DNA from: Chrysomallon squamiferum
Taxonomy: Eukaryota > Animalia > Mollusca
Direction: 5' to 3'
Length of the DNA stretch: 64,000 bases
NCBI GenBank assembly: GCA_012295275.1
Contig: CM022673.1
Location: 19,592,001 to 19,656,000, forward strand
Shown here: positions 46,101-58,712 of the stretch, one piece after another
How the letters are laid out: each line of letters opens with the position of its first letter
Numbering within the stretch: position 1 is the first letter of the stretch
The notes under the pieces: model-generated
Database searches by the model: none
What the model was told of the DNA's origin: nothing
What the model saw: only the letters and a program-made list of their open reading frames with translations
Made by a program: the position numbers and the translations under genes

Positions 46101-49100
46101 TATCATTATAGTTTGCATATTTTGAATTGAGTGAAGCAAGCAGCCGTTCAGAATTCAACAAGAGCCTTTGAAACGCCTTAAATTTTAAACTTGTGTCAAT
46201 AGACTTTATTTCATTGACTTTTATTTTGCAGTCTCATGGGCCAGACAATAAACCTTCGCAGGCTGGAGTTTGCCCACCTCTGATATAAAGGGATGTATAA
46301 CCCCACAATTATTGTTAAATGATTACACTACCTGGAAATTTTGCTAGCCAAAGATTAGCTAAAACATTATATAGACATATCTCTGGCAGGGAACTAGCAG
46401 TTTCCATCCAAATGTCTGTTTGAGCTATTCTCCTGCAGAGTATACTTGGTCTAAATGTCATGTGGAAGCTAAATTTATATCAGAATAAACAATTCTGGCT
46501 AGTAAACATATATCATTTTGATTTTTTATAACAATCTTTCTCAGTAATACACTTACAATTCCAAATTTCTGTTACAAAAGAATTTCAGTAAATAGCATTT
46601 TTGTATAATTTTTGGAGAATAACCAAATATTATAAACCCAGATATCATCAAATATGTTTGAATAATGCAAAGTTGGTGAGTTATTATTTAAATTAGTTGA
46701 ACTACATTTGCTTAATTTTCAGCTCGATGGAACCATATTGAAAATCTTGATGAATTCTTTAACAGAATCTATCAGTATCATCAGAGACATGGCTTCCTGT
46801 GCATGGTGGTTGAAGATGTTCTTCAGTTAATGTACGTAGAGATATTACTCATAATTCCGATTAACATTATAAATAATAATAACACTAGTAATTTATATAA
46901 CTGTTGTCTTTATTAATGGGTTAAATATAAAGCCGAGATGTATAATAGATTGTTACCAATGGCCAGGTATAGAAGAGCATTTTTAAATTAGGTACTTTTA
47001 GAATATTTGATTGCTTATCACTTTTATAAGATTCTATACCTCTTTGTTTTACATTCTTAAAGTGCACAGAGATAAATATTGAAAGGAATTTGGACTTCGA
47101 ACAAAGGCATGGTTTTGCCATGCCACCTGACATGGAAGACTCATTATGTTTAAATTATGTGACACTTCATTTTCATTATTGAATTACAATTTGTTTCTTT
47201 TTAATTTTAAATTTTTTTTTTTTTTTTTCAGTCAGTTTGTGTTTGTAGTTGTTTTTTCTACATTTCTTATGAAATGTGTTAATTATGATGTTCTGTTTGC
47301 AAACGTCCATTATAATGAAACACATAAAGTTACCATACCTGAAGCTGTTCTACCGATGGATCAGTGTATGAATGGGTGAGATTTTGACATTTATTATTTT
47401 TGTTGTTAATATTTTTCATAATTATTATGTTACTGGTTTTTGTGGGGGTTTTTTTTTTGGGTGTGTGGTTGTTTTTAATATTATGAAATGTGGAAAACAT
47501 TACTATTTTAGAAAAAGGAAGGAATCTTATATGCTTGACTTGAGGTGACTGAGATATGTACAAAAAGAAAAGATCACGATATACCAAATATAATTATTTT
47601 ATGAGAGGCATAATGTTCTCATTGATAAAATTAAACTTATAATTTTGTGAAGAGTGTAAAAGATAGGTTATGTAATTATTTTTAATAAAACTTGTGATGC
47701 ATACATTTTCTGAATTAATTTATAAAGACTATCTTTTTATGCATACATCATTTTATGTACATTCCTGTTTTCAGATTTGATTTTTCAATAATCATGTGTC
47801 TGACTTTGGCTACAGCTTTCTGGTTATTTAGACTTCTCAAGGTCATTTATTTGACTTTCAAATATCTTGAAATAAGATCTTTCTTTATCTCTGGCCTAAA
47901 GATATCATCCGTGAGTTCTTTTTATTGAATTTATTCTCAGTATTAAATTCACTGAGTGTTAATAGAACTGTAAGTTAACATTTATTATTTTGAATATATC
48001 TAAGCCATTGTGATTCATTGTTAGTAGTTATCATTTTTGTTATTTTGGGGGGGGTTATAGTCTACAGTTAAATAAACATTTGGAAGCTTTTTCACAGACA
48101 CACATAATGTTAAAAATTAACAAAATATAAACTATTTACATACATAGATATAGAGACATTGAATTTGAAAACTGAAGCTATTGTTAATTGCAATTTCTAT
48201 TCTTTGTATTTCTAGAGATTTTGTTATTTTAATGATTTTAATACTATACCCAGTTAGTGTTCTTGTTACAGAATGATCTACCAAACATGACATGGCATGA
48301 AGTGCAGCGACGTCTTCTTGAAGTACAGAAAGAACAACATTTGTGTATTCATAAACAAGAACTTAATGAACTAGGTAATATATTTCTAATTTTACAAGCA
48401 GATTTAAACAATGAGCTTTATGATATCTTCCATAAATATCACAAAAACATACCAAATTCAGAATTACATAACAAACTGATAATAGTTTACAGAATCTCCT
48501 GATAGAGGTAAAAGATCATAACTAGAGAAACAATTTTTAACCTGTAAAAATAAATAAATGCTTTTCATAATTATTAGCTAAATTTGACCTAAATAATCTA
48601 GGTCTGGATGAGTAACATTGTTGATAAATAAATAAAATTTCTCTGTGTGTTATTAACATATCAAATACACAAAAACCTTTCTTTGCTCTCTATAGCTTTT
48701 AAGTTAGCATTATAGATTTATTCTGTGACTGTTTCAAAGATACAAAATAATATATTCTTATCCAATTTGTCTCAATTTTAAAAATTTATTTTTCAGTTTT
48801 GTTTTATTTAAACTCTAAATTGCATGTTTTTGGTTAGTGCAAAAAAATTAATGTCATATGAGGTCTTTCAGATATAGGTTTAAAAGATCATATTCAGTAT
48901 AAAAACAGTTCTATATTCATGTAGGGAATACATTAGTAAGAAAAGTTATTATTTTTCATTTATATCAAAGATGTCAGTTTCATACATGCAAGGTTCATTT
49001 AAGAATCTCATTTGGTTTTAACTAATTATTATTTCTAATTGAAAACAGCTTCATTTATAGTAACAAGTTAGTGTAAAACAGTGATAATAAATTTACACTG

Positions 49101-52100
49101 TTGCAATCTTTATTTATAAATTCATAAAAGAAAAGAGGTTTACCAAAGGCTTAATGTAACAAAAGAAAATTTATTTATGAAATTATTATTTTTATATAGT
49201 TAAAACAAAAATAAACTTATCATATTTGTTGGCATCACTTTGTTCTCTTCAAGAAATACTTTGAATGCTGTACAGAATAGAGCTTAGTTATAATTTACAA
49301 TAATAGTTTAATTATCAGTAAATTTAAAAAAAATATTTATATATATATTTAAAAAAAAAAAATAGTTGTAATCAACCCATTATTGTAAATAATAACTAAG
49401 CTTTAATTTGTAGAGGAATATATATATATTTGGACTGCCTAATAAAAATAGAACTTGTTTTTAATCTTAACAGATATATATCACCGAATTCTTCGTTTCA
49501 AGAACTATATGATTGCAATGGTAAACAAATCTGTGGTTCCAGTAAAATTCAAATTACCATTTATAGGAAACTAGTGAGTGTTACTTTTATTTTACTGTTA
49601 TAAGAAGAAAATAAATTTTTAATGTCAGTCTACACTGATAATTACGTAGGTAGTGGCAGCCAGAAATTAGAAATTTGTATCTCTTATCATTTTATTGTTA
49701 GTTAAATAGAACATTTGAATACAAACACAGAAGTAAAAAAAATATTCAGATATCTTGCTGCTTTTTGACATATGATGTTTTGAATACTCTGGCAGCATCA
49801 GCAACTGTAATATGAGCCATTTTCAGCCACTCAAATAAACATTAAATTGACTAATAAACTGATAACTTTGACCATATCTTGAGATATGTTTCACTATAAA
49901 CAGAAGAAGTACCCATACATTTTCATGGCTCAGAGTGTAGTATTAAAACTATTGCATGGATTGGCTTAAAATTCTGAGTGAAAGATAATAAATTGTTCTG
50001 TCATAAATGCTATTTCGACTGTGTTAAGGCTGAATTTGTACTTGTTATTTACTTGATAGTTATAAAATAGCAATCATGCTACTAGACTAGCAGCATACAT
50101 ATACTGTCTGTGTGAAAATCTTATTTTATTTTGTGATTAATACTATTATATGGTGACAAGTGGTACTAGTTCATTTAGTTATTCCTCCATTAACTAAATG
50201 ACTTCTTAACTTCTGGTCAACATCAGTTATGTTCAGACTCATATCCAGACATATCAGTGTTGCTGGATGTGATAATGTTTTCCTTGACTGTCTTTTAATT
50301 ACTTGGATCATTTAAATTTCCCTTTTTTAGACAACAGCACATTATACAAGAGAATCGTTTAAAAACTTGAATACATTAATAAGTAACATTAAACAAGTGA
50401 TCATAATAATTGACATACTGAGATGGTGCTGAATTCAATCAAGAACAGATGGAGAATTTGCAAGTTAATTGTTTGATGCAACTTTGAAATACAAATTATC
50501 AGTCAGCCAATGGTAGCAGTTGTTACACTGGAAAGGGCCACTGCCCCAGTTCATGTTATGCTTAGTTTAAAATATCATTGAAAAGGATATACAAGTGATA
50601 TCAAAGTTGTTGATGATAAATTTATTGCCTTACATCATAATATTAATTTGAAGCTTATTTTTCAAGAAAAAGAAAAAAGGTTATTTATTTTTTATTCCAT
50701 GCTTTGCTGTATATTATATTGTCAAATTACGGAAAGATAATGGTGTGAGGAGCATCCTCACTGACACATGGAGATAGAGTAATATTATGTTGTCTGTTTA
50801 ATCCACATTCACACTGGATTTCCATGACAGATGCAACAGAGTAGAATTCCATGATGCAAAGTTAGACAGCAAGACCATTTTTGAGTTGGATGTCCGATAC
50901 AGTTTGTAATGGCCGATACAGTTTGTAATGGCATCACAGTTATGGGAAGAATAGCTTTGCACATTGTCAATGGAGGTCTCACTGATCTGTTCTACTTTGA
51001 CAACATCTTGGCAGCATACACTGTGTCATTTGCATGTCACCATGGCTCTCTATTTAACTTTCAAGATGACAACACCAGGCACACAGAGCCAGAATTGTTA
51101 CCAACTGCCTACAGTCACAAAACATCAACATTTTACCATGGCTAGCATTCAGTCCTGACCTTTCCCCTGTTCAGCATTTCTGGTACATGCTTGGTAGACA
51201 CTACCTCACTGCCAAAATCCACCAATCAGGGGTATGCCACATTGAATTTGTGCCTATCTTGCAAACAATATTGATCACATTTTCACTTCAGAGTAAAGTT
51301 GGAATTTTTCAGTAGCTGTACTTTTGCCTTCATCACATGAAATTGCAGATCCCCTGAGATCTGCTGACCATTGTAATGCATCATCAAATGATACCTGAAC
51401 ATGTTTACATAGTTTATTGCATTAAAACATCAAAACTTTTTCTTTGATGACTCATTCTTATGTAATATCTTCAACATGTTTGGGAATAGTATATTTGTAA
51501 TAAATAATTGTGTTAGTTAAAGAGATAATATTATCTGGCATTCAATAATAAAGCTCCAGTTAGCTGTGTGCAGTTAAATGTTGTTCATTTATTTATTAAT
51601 TATTATTTTTTTCTGTTTTCAGCGTTTTTCTCAGTACTGGTTTGAAATACAATTTCGATTTTATCTTATTTTGTAAGTATTTTATCTTAAATAATATTCA
51701 CTCACATATATGCTGTATAACTAAGAAATTTTAGAAATAAGCAATGAAATAATTCTATTTTTAGCCATTATCTGTTTAATGGAATTCATCACTTAATAAC
51801 TGTTTACAATTATATTTATAGTACAATCTAGAACTGAAAGAAAGTCTTCTTTTAATCATCTAAAAAACATTTATATTATTTCCTTTTTTAAATTTACTTT
51901 AAGTTGATTACATTAGTATAACTTATTGAGTAGAACAAAGCACTAATCTAATTTTATGTTTAAAGATTCTCACTTTTTATGTTATTATTTTTATTTTTTT
52001 AATGTTTTTTTTATCTTTCCTAGGGGGACCATGGTCACCTTTTGCTAACAATTGGCATTTGCATCATGATTATAAAGATGGACACCAAAGAAAGCAATTA

Positions 52101-55100
52101 GCAGAAAGGTATTACTTACAGAATTTCCAAAAGTTAACTATTGTTAAATTAATTAATATATCAGAACCAGCAGTTAATACTATAACTAGGCAAAAGTTAT
52201 AATAGATTATTAGTATGAATGAAAAATAATTAGCTGAAAAAAACACTGAGACTTAAAAGTGACATCCTTAGCTTACGATAGAGTCCATATCTAAAGTTCC
52301 TTTTTTCAAAAAGTAAATACTATTACTTAAATGTGAGTAAATTTCATAATATTTTCAAGGATAAATAGTTTACTGTAAATTGATTGTTTTGATTTGATTT
52401 CAGTTTGTCATCAAAGATCTTGTGGCTAGGCATTGCTAACTTTGCATTTGCTCCTTTGATACTGGTATGGCAAATATTGTATTTGTTCTTTCGGTATGGT
52501 GAGGTAAGTTTAAATTGACTGGTTTTTCATATATTTGAATAGCGTGGTTTATCTTAATGTATTAATTAAACAATCTGTGGTGTTTTCATGCTTAAACTAA
52601 AGTTGGAAATTCAAAGACCAGAAAAACTGTCATCTTTCTTTTAAATTATTATTACTTTAATTTTATTTTCAGTTAATAAAGAGACAACCAAGTGCTTTGG
52701 GTGCCAGAAGATGGTAAGATGATTATTATTACTACTTAAAATATTGTGTGTTTTTTCAGATTATAATTTCGGTTAATATTTTTCTGAATTGTTCTGTTTG
52801 TTACAATTACAGCTGAACTGAATTTATTAGTTAAAAGATCTAGGACTTTTTTCCAAATACTTGCTAATTTTAATTCAGTTTTGGTAATGATTATCTGAAG
52901 GACAGATTTTCCAATTATATATTATTGATCTTGTTATCCATTTGCTATAGGTCAAACTATGCTCGATTGAATCTACGTCACTTTAATGAATTGGATCATG
53001 AATTTAATGCAAGGTAATATTTATAAATATACATTTACGAAAATGATCATTATTGAATTCATGTTAATTACAATAATTTTAATCAATTTCACACATACTA
53101 ATAAAATTACACTTTCATGAAGCATACACTACGGTGTTTAATGGTGTCTCTTCTTACTGTTACACTTATCATTTTATTCACCAAGTATGATTCATCACTA
53201 TTTGAGAACTAAAATTCCAATGAAACAATAAGAGTAGCATTAATGTTACAGATGGTCAAATATAATGTAGATCTAACTCAGTGTCTTTGTATATATAGTA
53301 TTGCTTTAATAAACATATCTTGTGAAGCAGTTTATAGTGAATTTAATTGTGAAACAAAATATTAGATTTTATCTTGTAATTTTGAGATCTTTAGACTTTC
53401 ACTTGACTGAATGATATATGTACTTTGAAACTGACACCTAAAAAGGTCATTTCAGTATATTTGATGCAATCCAAGAAAACCCCTCAGATGTGCATAATGT
53501 AAAAATGAGAAACAATATGAAAAATAAATCTGAGATTGTGTGTGTTGGGGGAAACAAATTAATTATGATAAAATGTTTTTTATTTACCTTCTAATAACAG
53601 CAGCTTTACTGGCTAAATGTACACCATACACATAATAATTTTAGAATGCTTTGGCCTACAATGATAGTTCACATGACATCTGAAAGCTTAGAGCAAGAGG
53701 AATATAGTATATTTATGTATTTAGAGCACCCAGGGAAATTCTGATGATAATTTAAAGAACTGTTTAATTTCTAGAAATTTGTATTAAGTAATTTTAAAAC
53801 TAAATGTTTTTTCCATACACATTTCTAAATAGGCATGTCCTTTATTGTAACATACCATTAGTTGTAAAGAAGCTAAAGAAGAAATTCAAGTTGTCCTCAA
53901 AAGCTGAATAAAACATCTATTAAATAATAAAAATAAGAAAAAATGAATTTTTTCACTGTGTGAAGGGTTTTCCCATGTTACATAACATATTTGTTGAAAT
54001 TTTGACTGAAACAACAATCCACTGGGATCAGTTGCCCTAAAATAGCTGAAGTTTGAACAGATGGCCACATCTTGATTTTAATTTAGAATTTTTAATTTTT
54101 TCTATGACATTCAGGTTGACAGTCAAATGTTATGTAGGAACAAATAAACAAATTTTGTTGATTTCCCGTAATGGTTTTATTTAACCAGTCATCATTCATT
54201 ACATTAAAAACGATTTTTTTTTCCATACAGTTTTAATCCATTCCATCTATATTTTTGAACATAACAAATTTCCTCCCGGTGGCCATGAGTAGCTTCCAAA
54301 TCTTATTTTTTTATCAGATTTATCTGTTTTGATAATTCCAGGTTAAACAGTGGCTATGCACCTGCTTCATACTATATGAATATTTTTACAACACCTCTTC
54401 TAATAATAATAGCAAAGTAAGTTTTTCGTATTATATCTAACTGAAAATATTAGGATATTAAGAAATTTCAGTATCTGTTGTTTGATTATCGTTAACATAA
54501 GTAAAAAGGATCTTTTGTAATTTGTAGATGTTTTTAGTAAAGAGTATTTGTCTGGAATAGAATATAAGTAACATTTAAAAAGTTATAATTCCTGAAACTA
54601 TGATTTCATCACATAAAAGCACTTTGAAATTTAGTTGTTTTCTCCTGTCAGTTTAATATTTACATACGTTAAGGGTTATTTTGATAGGTTACCTTATTTT
54701 GAATATCCTGAAGAATATTTTTATTTTTTTTATTTTTTTATTTTTTTTTTCTTATTGTTATTATTCTTGTTCTTTTTCTTGTTATTTTCTTCTTTTTGTT
54801 ATCTTTTTTTTCAGAAATGTTGCTTTCTTTTCTGGATCAATCCTTGCAGTATTGTTGGTGCTGACTGTTGTAGATGAAGATGTCCTCAGTGTTGAGCACA
54901 TTCTCACAACTATGACCATTGCTGGTTAGTTATGTTAATAAAATTTTGAATAATGAGTAATTATTTGATTATAAATGTCATGTTCATTACAAAAAATTAT
55001 TATGAAATGCCCCTTGTATATACATTATAACAAATATATAACTAAAATCATAACATGTTTTGAAGAAGCATACAAATACTATAAAAATGTTTACAAAACA

Positions 55101-58100
55101 CATTATCCCCTTTAAACTGGAATATTCTCAAATCCAGATGTATCCAAGGTACCATCAGTTACGCATCTTAAATGCTAAGTTGTATCCCTCAAAACTGAAT
55201 ACTTGACAATCAGTTAACTCCAAAGTGCTGGTCTTACCCCTGAAAACCAATCAAACTAATATTACCAGTGGTCCTAATTTTCTGGCCAGGTAGTGTATAT
55301 GTTTTCTCACTAGATCTATAAGTTCTCTATAGGAATTAAAATATTATTAGACTAAGTGGGAATTATGTAATAGGCTATGAGACTGACTATGTAATGAATA
55401 GCGAGAGTTCATTTCAAACCTTGTAAATGATTATAAGAGCATATTAGATCAGCTGGGAATGTAAATGAATATGCATGTTTTTCATAGTGTAATTACAAAA
55501 GTCAGATGTCCCATAAAACAGCACAAGACATGGGCGCATTTCTAATGATCTGCCAATTATCTTGAATAATACATATAGTAAATATTGGAATAGTCTGATG
55601 CAACTAAATACAGGACACAGTTATATAAAATTACCGATTTTAACACATCTATCTGATGCATTTTTATCCTAATTTTAAAAGATGTCCAGTGGCATTCAAG
55701 AACTGAATGGGTGTTTTCTGGCCAAAGGTTAACGGTGTCTTCAGTCTTATGAGTCTGTTTTCCATCTGTTTATAAACTATCTTTCTTGGTGGTAGGGCAG
55801 CTCCAAAGTTTATCTGTCTATTTTTCTATTTCTTTTATCAATTCTACTAATCTGTATATATTTGGATGGTGAAGTTGAATTGACCTGTTCATTCTGGAAT
55901 GAAAACCCTGCAGGTTATTGTTTGTTCTGGGACCAGTGATCAGGTGATGGTTCAACAAAATCAAATGGAATCTGGCATTGTTGTCTACCCATGTAGAAAC
56001 CACTTTATCATTTAATGTTTCCACCTGTGGAACATCAGGTCCATCATCCATGGTGTCAAACTATGCATCCTGTGCTTGTAAGTCACAAAGTTGGAAGTAA
56101 TTAAATCTAAATTATTGAAATCTAAAACAGATGATAAATTTTGTTTGCAGTCAAATCACAGCAAATGCACAAATGTTTCTGTTTCAGATATTTGACTTAT
56201 CATCTCACTGTGCCTGAACCTATTGTTATATATTACTGAAGCAGTTAAGGATAGTAAATGATGAAGCAATAGGGGATTACAGTATAGTTTTACTTCCCAA
56301 AAGACAAACAACTGACTTATAGCATTTCACAGTCCAATAAAGTGGGAGTCAGAATCAGCATATTCTGTTGGAGTTTTCTGTCCTGTCCAGAGGAGCATTT
56401 GCTGTTGGCATATGTCAAAGTCAAGTGGCTGGTATTTCCTATATTTTTGTGCCAAAGGATACCAAATTATCACCACCCTGAGCATTTGGAACAAATCAAG
56501 CATTTACCTGGGCATTTGCCAATCTATGTTATTTGTATTTTGTCTGGCAGGTGTTTACCGATATATCAATGCTGAACAATCATATGTTACATATGCATAA
56601 AATATGTACATGTAATACCATGTAATCTGCATCAGACTTGGATTCTGAGGAAGTTTTCACTTTACTGACACTGACTATAGCAATTGAAGCATTCAGCCAT
56701 ATCACTTAATCCATTAGAACCCCTGCAGGCTGTGGGAACAGTGAGTATTTCTGCGCTTTGATGAAGATATTGCATGAAAACTGTTTGTCATAGAGATTCC
56801 AAATTTGGAATATATATGTATATATATATAGAAACAATCAGAACAAAATGTCAGAAGGAAAATCTTGGGAAAATTTACATTTCTTTTCATATAACCTTGG
56901 ATATATATTTTTATTTTTTATTTCTCAGTATGAATGAATAACATTATTTTTTGGTCACAGGTTATGTAGATTGAATAACATTTAAATAGAATTTAAAATT
57001 GAATCATTTATGTGACATTGTTAATGCTAATATACAGCAGTGTTCAATCCATGATCACCACCTCAAATATGAAGTCAGATTGTGTTTATCATTACTCTAG
57101 AAAGGACTAAATCAGTTTTCACAATTAAATTATTTTGAACAGGCCTCTCTTAATTGAGAAAAGAAGTAGTGTTGTTGTGGGGATAATATCCTGTGCCAAA
57201 TGTCATTCCCAAATTTCATTAATATATAAATATGAGTATATAAAAGAAGTTAAGAAAAATTAAGTTTTGTAAATTTGTTTAATCCACCATTCTTTAAGTG
57301 CTTGTGATAAGACTTGTTCTTATGATACTGACACCATTGTTTTTTTGGAATGAGTCCATGGATATTCAACATTACTTAAGAAAATAGCACAAGTAAAAAC
57401 ATCATTTTCAGTTCAGGTCAGTATCCACATAGAGTGGATGTTTTAAATTAAAACACTGATCAAAAAGACAAATACAAGCTAAGATGTCTGCATCATTTAA
57501 TAAACAATCAGAAGTAGGTATTGTTGTTATCCAATAAGAACTGAACAGTTGTCCCACATCATGGTAGAAGTATGTTTTCTCATTGGACATAAACCCATTC
57601 TCTAATGCAGTGGTTCTCAAACTTTTTGAAGTTGGAGCACATTTGAAGCCTTACAAAAAATTGCAGGAACACTACACACAAAATGCTAAGAAGTATAATG
57701 CAAAATGTAAAAAAATACAGAAATAACTGAAAGAAGGGTATATACCTTTATTCATGATCTATTTTGTTCTGATGAGAAGTATGAGTCTGATGTGCCTTGG
57801 CAATTTCTTCAATGTTGGGGTGTATGTATGATTAGCAATCTCTCATTTCCTCATCAACAGACTGAAGATTTGTTCCTTTTTTGCACTTGATGTTGATGAG
57901 AGTGGAAAATCCTAATTCGCATAAATGTGATGTTGAAAATTGCAGTAAAATGGCTAAAGCTTTTTTGGATATTGACTGGTATTCTTCTCTGATTGAAATC
58001 CAAAAATTTTCAAGACTGTATTCCTTATATTTAATCTTCCATCCACCATCGATGCATACAGCTCTAGTTCTTCTTTGGTTAATATTGAACTAGTATCATC

Positions 58101-58624
58101 TGAAATTTCTATGAATAGGTTTTGAATCCAATCATATTGTTCAGTGTTAAGTCATGAAAAATAATTTAATTTATCTTCCAAATTTGTCAAAGTTTCACGT
58201 ATTAAGGGGAAGGTATCCTACAATTTCATGGGGCATACCTAAGCATGTCTCACCCTTTGAGAACCACTTCTCTAATGTGTAACTGACTCTGCATGTGCTA
58301 CTTACATATAGGAACTTAAAAAGGTTTTCAAATTTGATTGTACACTGATCATTAACTGAAGTCATCTCACTTAAAATAATTATACATTATTAACTCATTT
58401 CTGTAGTTCATAACTCACCACTTGTCATTAATGTGTTTCTTGCCACAAATTGTTTACATAGATCATTAACTACTCAACAGAATATATGTTCTTTGTTTTT
58501 TCTAACATATCTCAAGATTTTTGGTTCATTCCAATTTGATAACCCTTGTATTTTCAGGGAATTCTTTATGCCTGTTAATGAAAACATTTATATCTATACT
58601 GTGTGTGAAAAACTAATAACAAAA

Positions 58625-58665
<41 letters not shown>

Positions 58666-58671
58666 TATGTT

Positions 58672-58712
<41 letters not shown>

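Noticed and set aside
44162-46282. Domesticated GTF2IRD2/EPM2AIP1-like host gene nested in ATG9
   Set aside because: Multiple stops and frameshifts, with TIRs and a TSD still present: a dead transposon.
55268-55298. Tc1-like terminal repeat (ctggccaggtagtgta)
   Set aside because: No partner TIR identified, and exons lie between it and the Tc1 remnant at 50.7-51.2 kb, so they cannot be one element.
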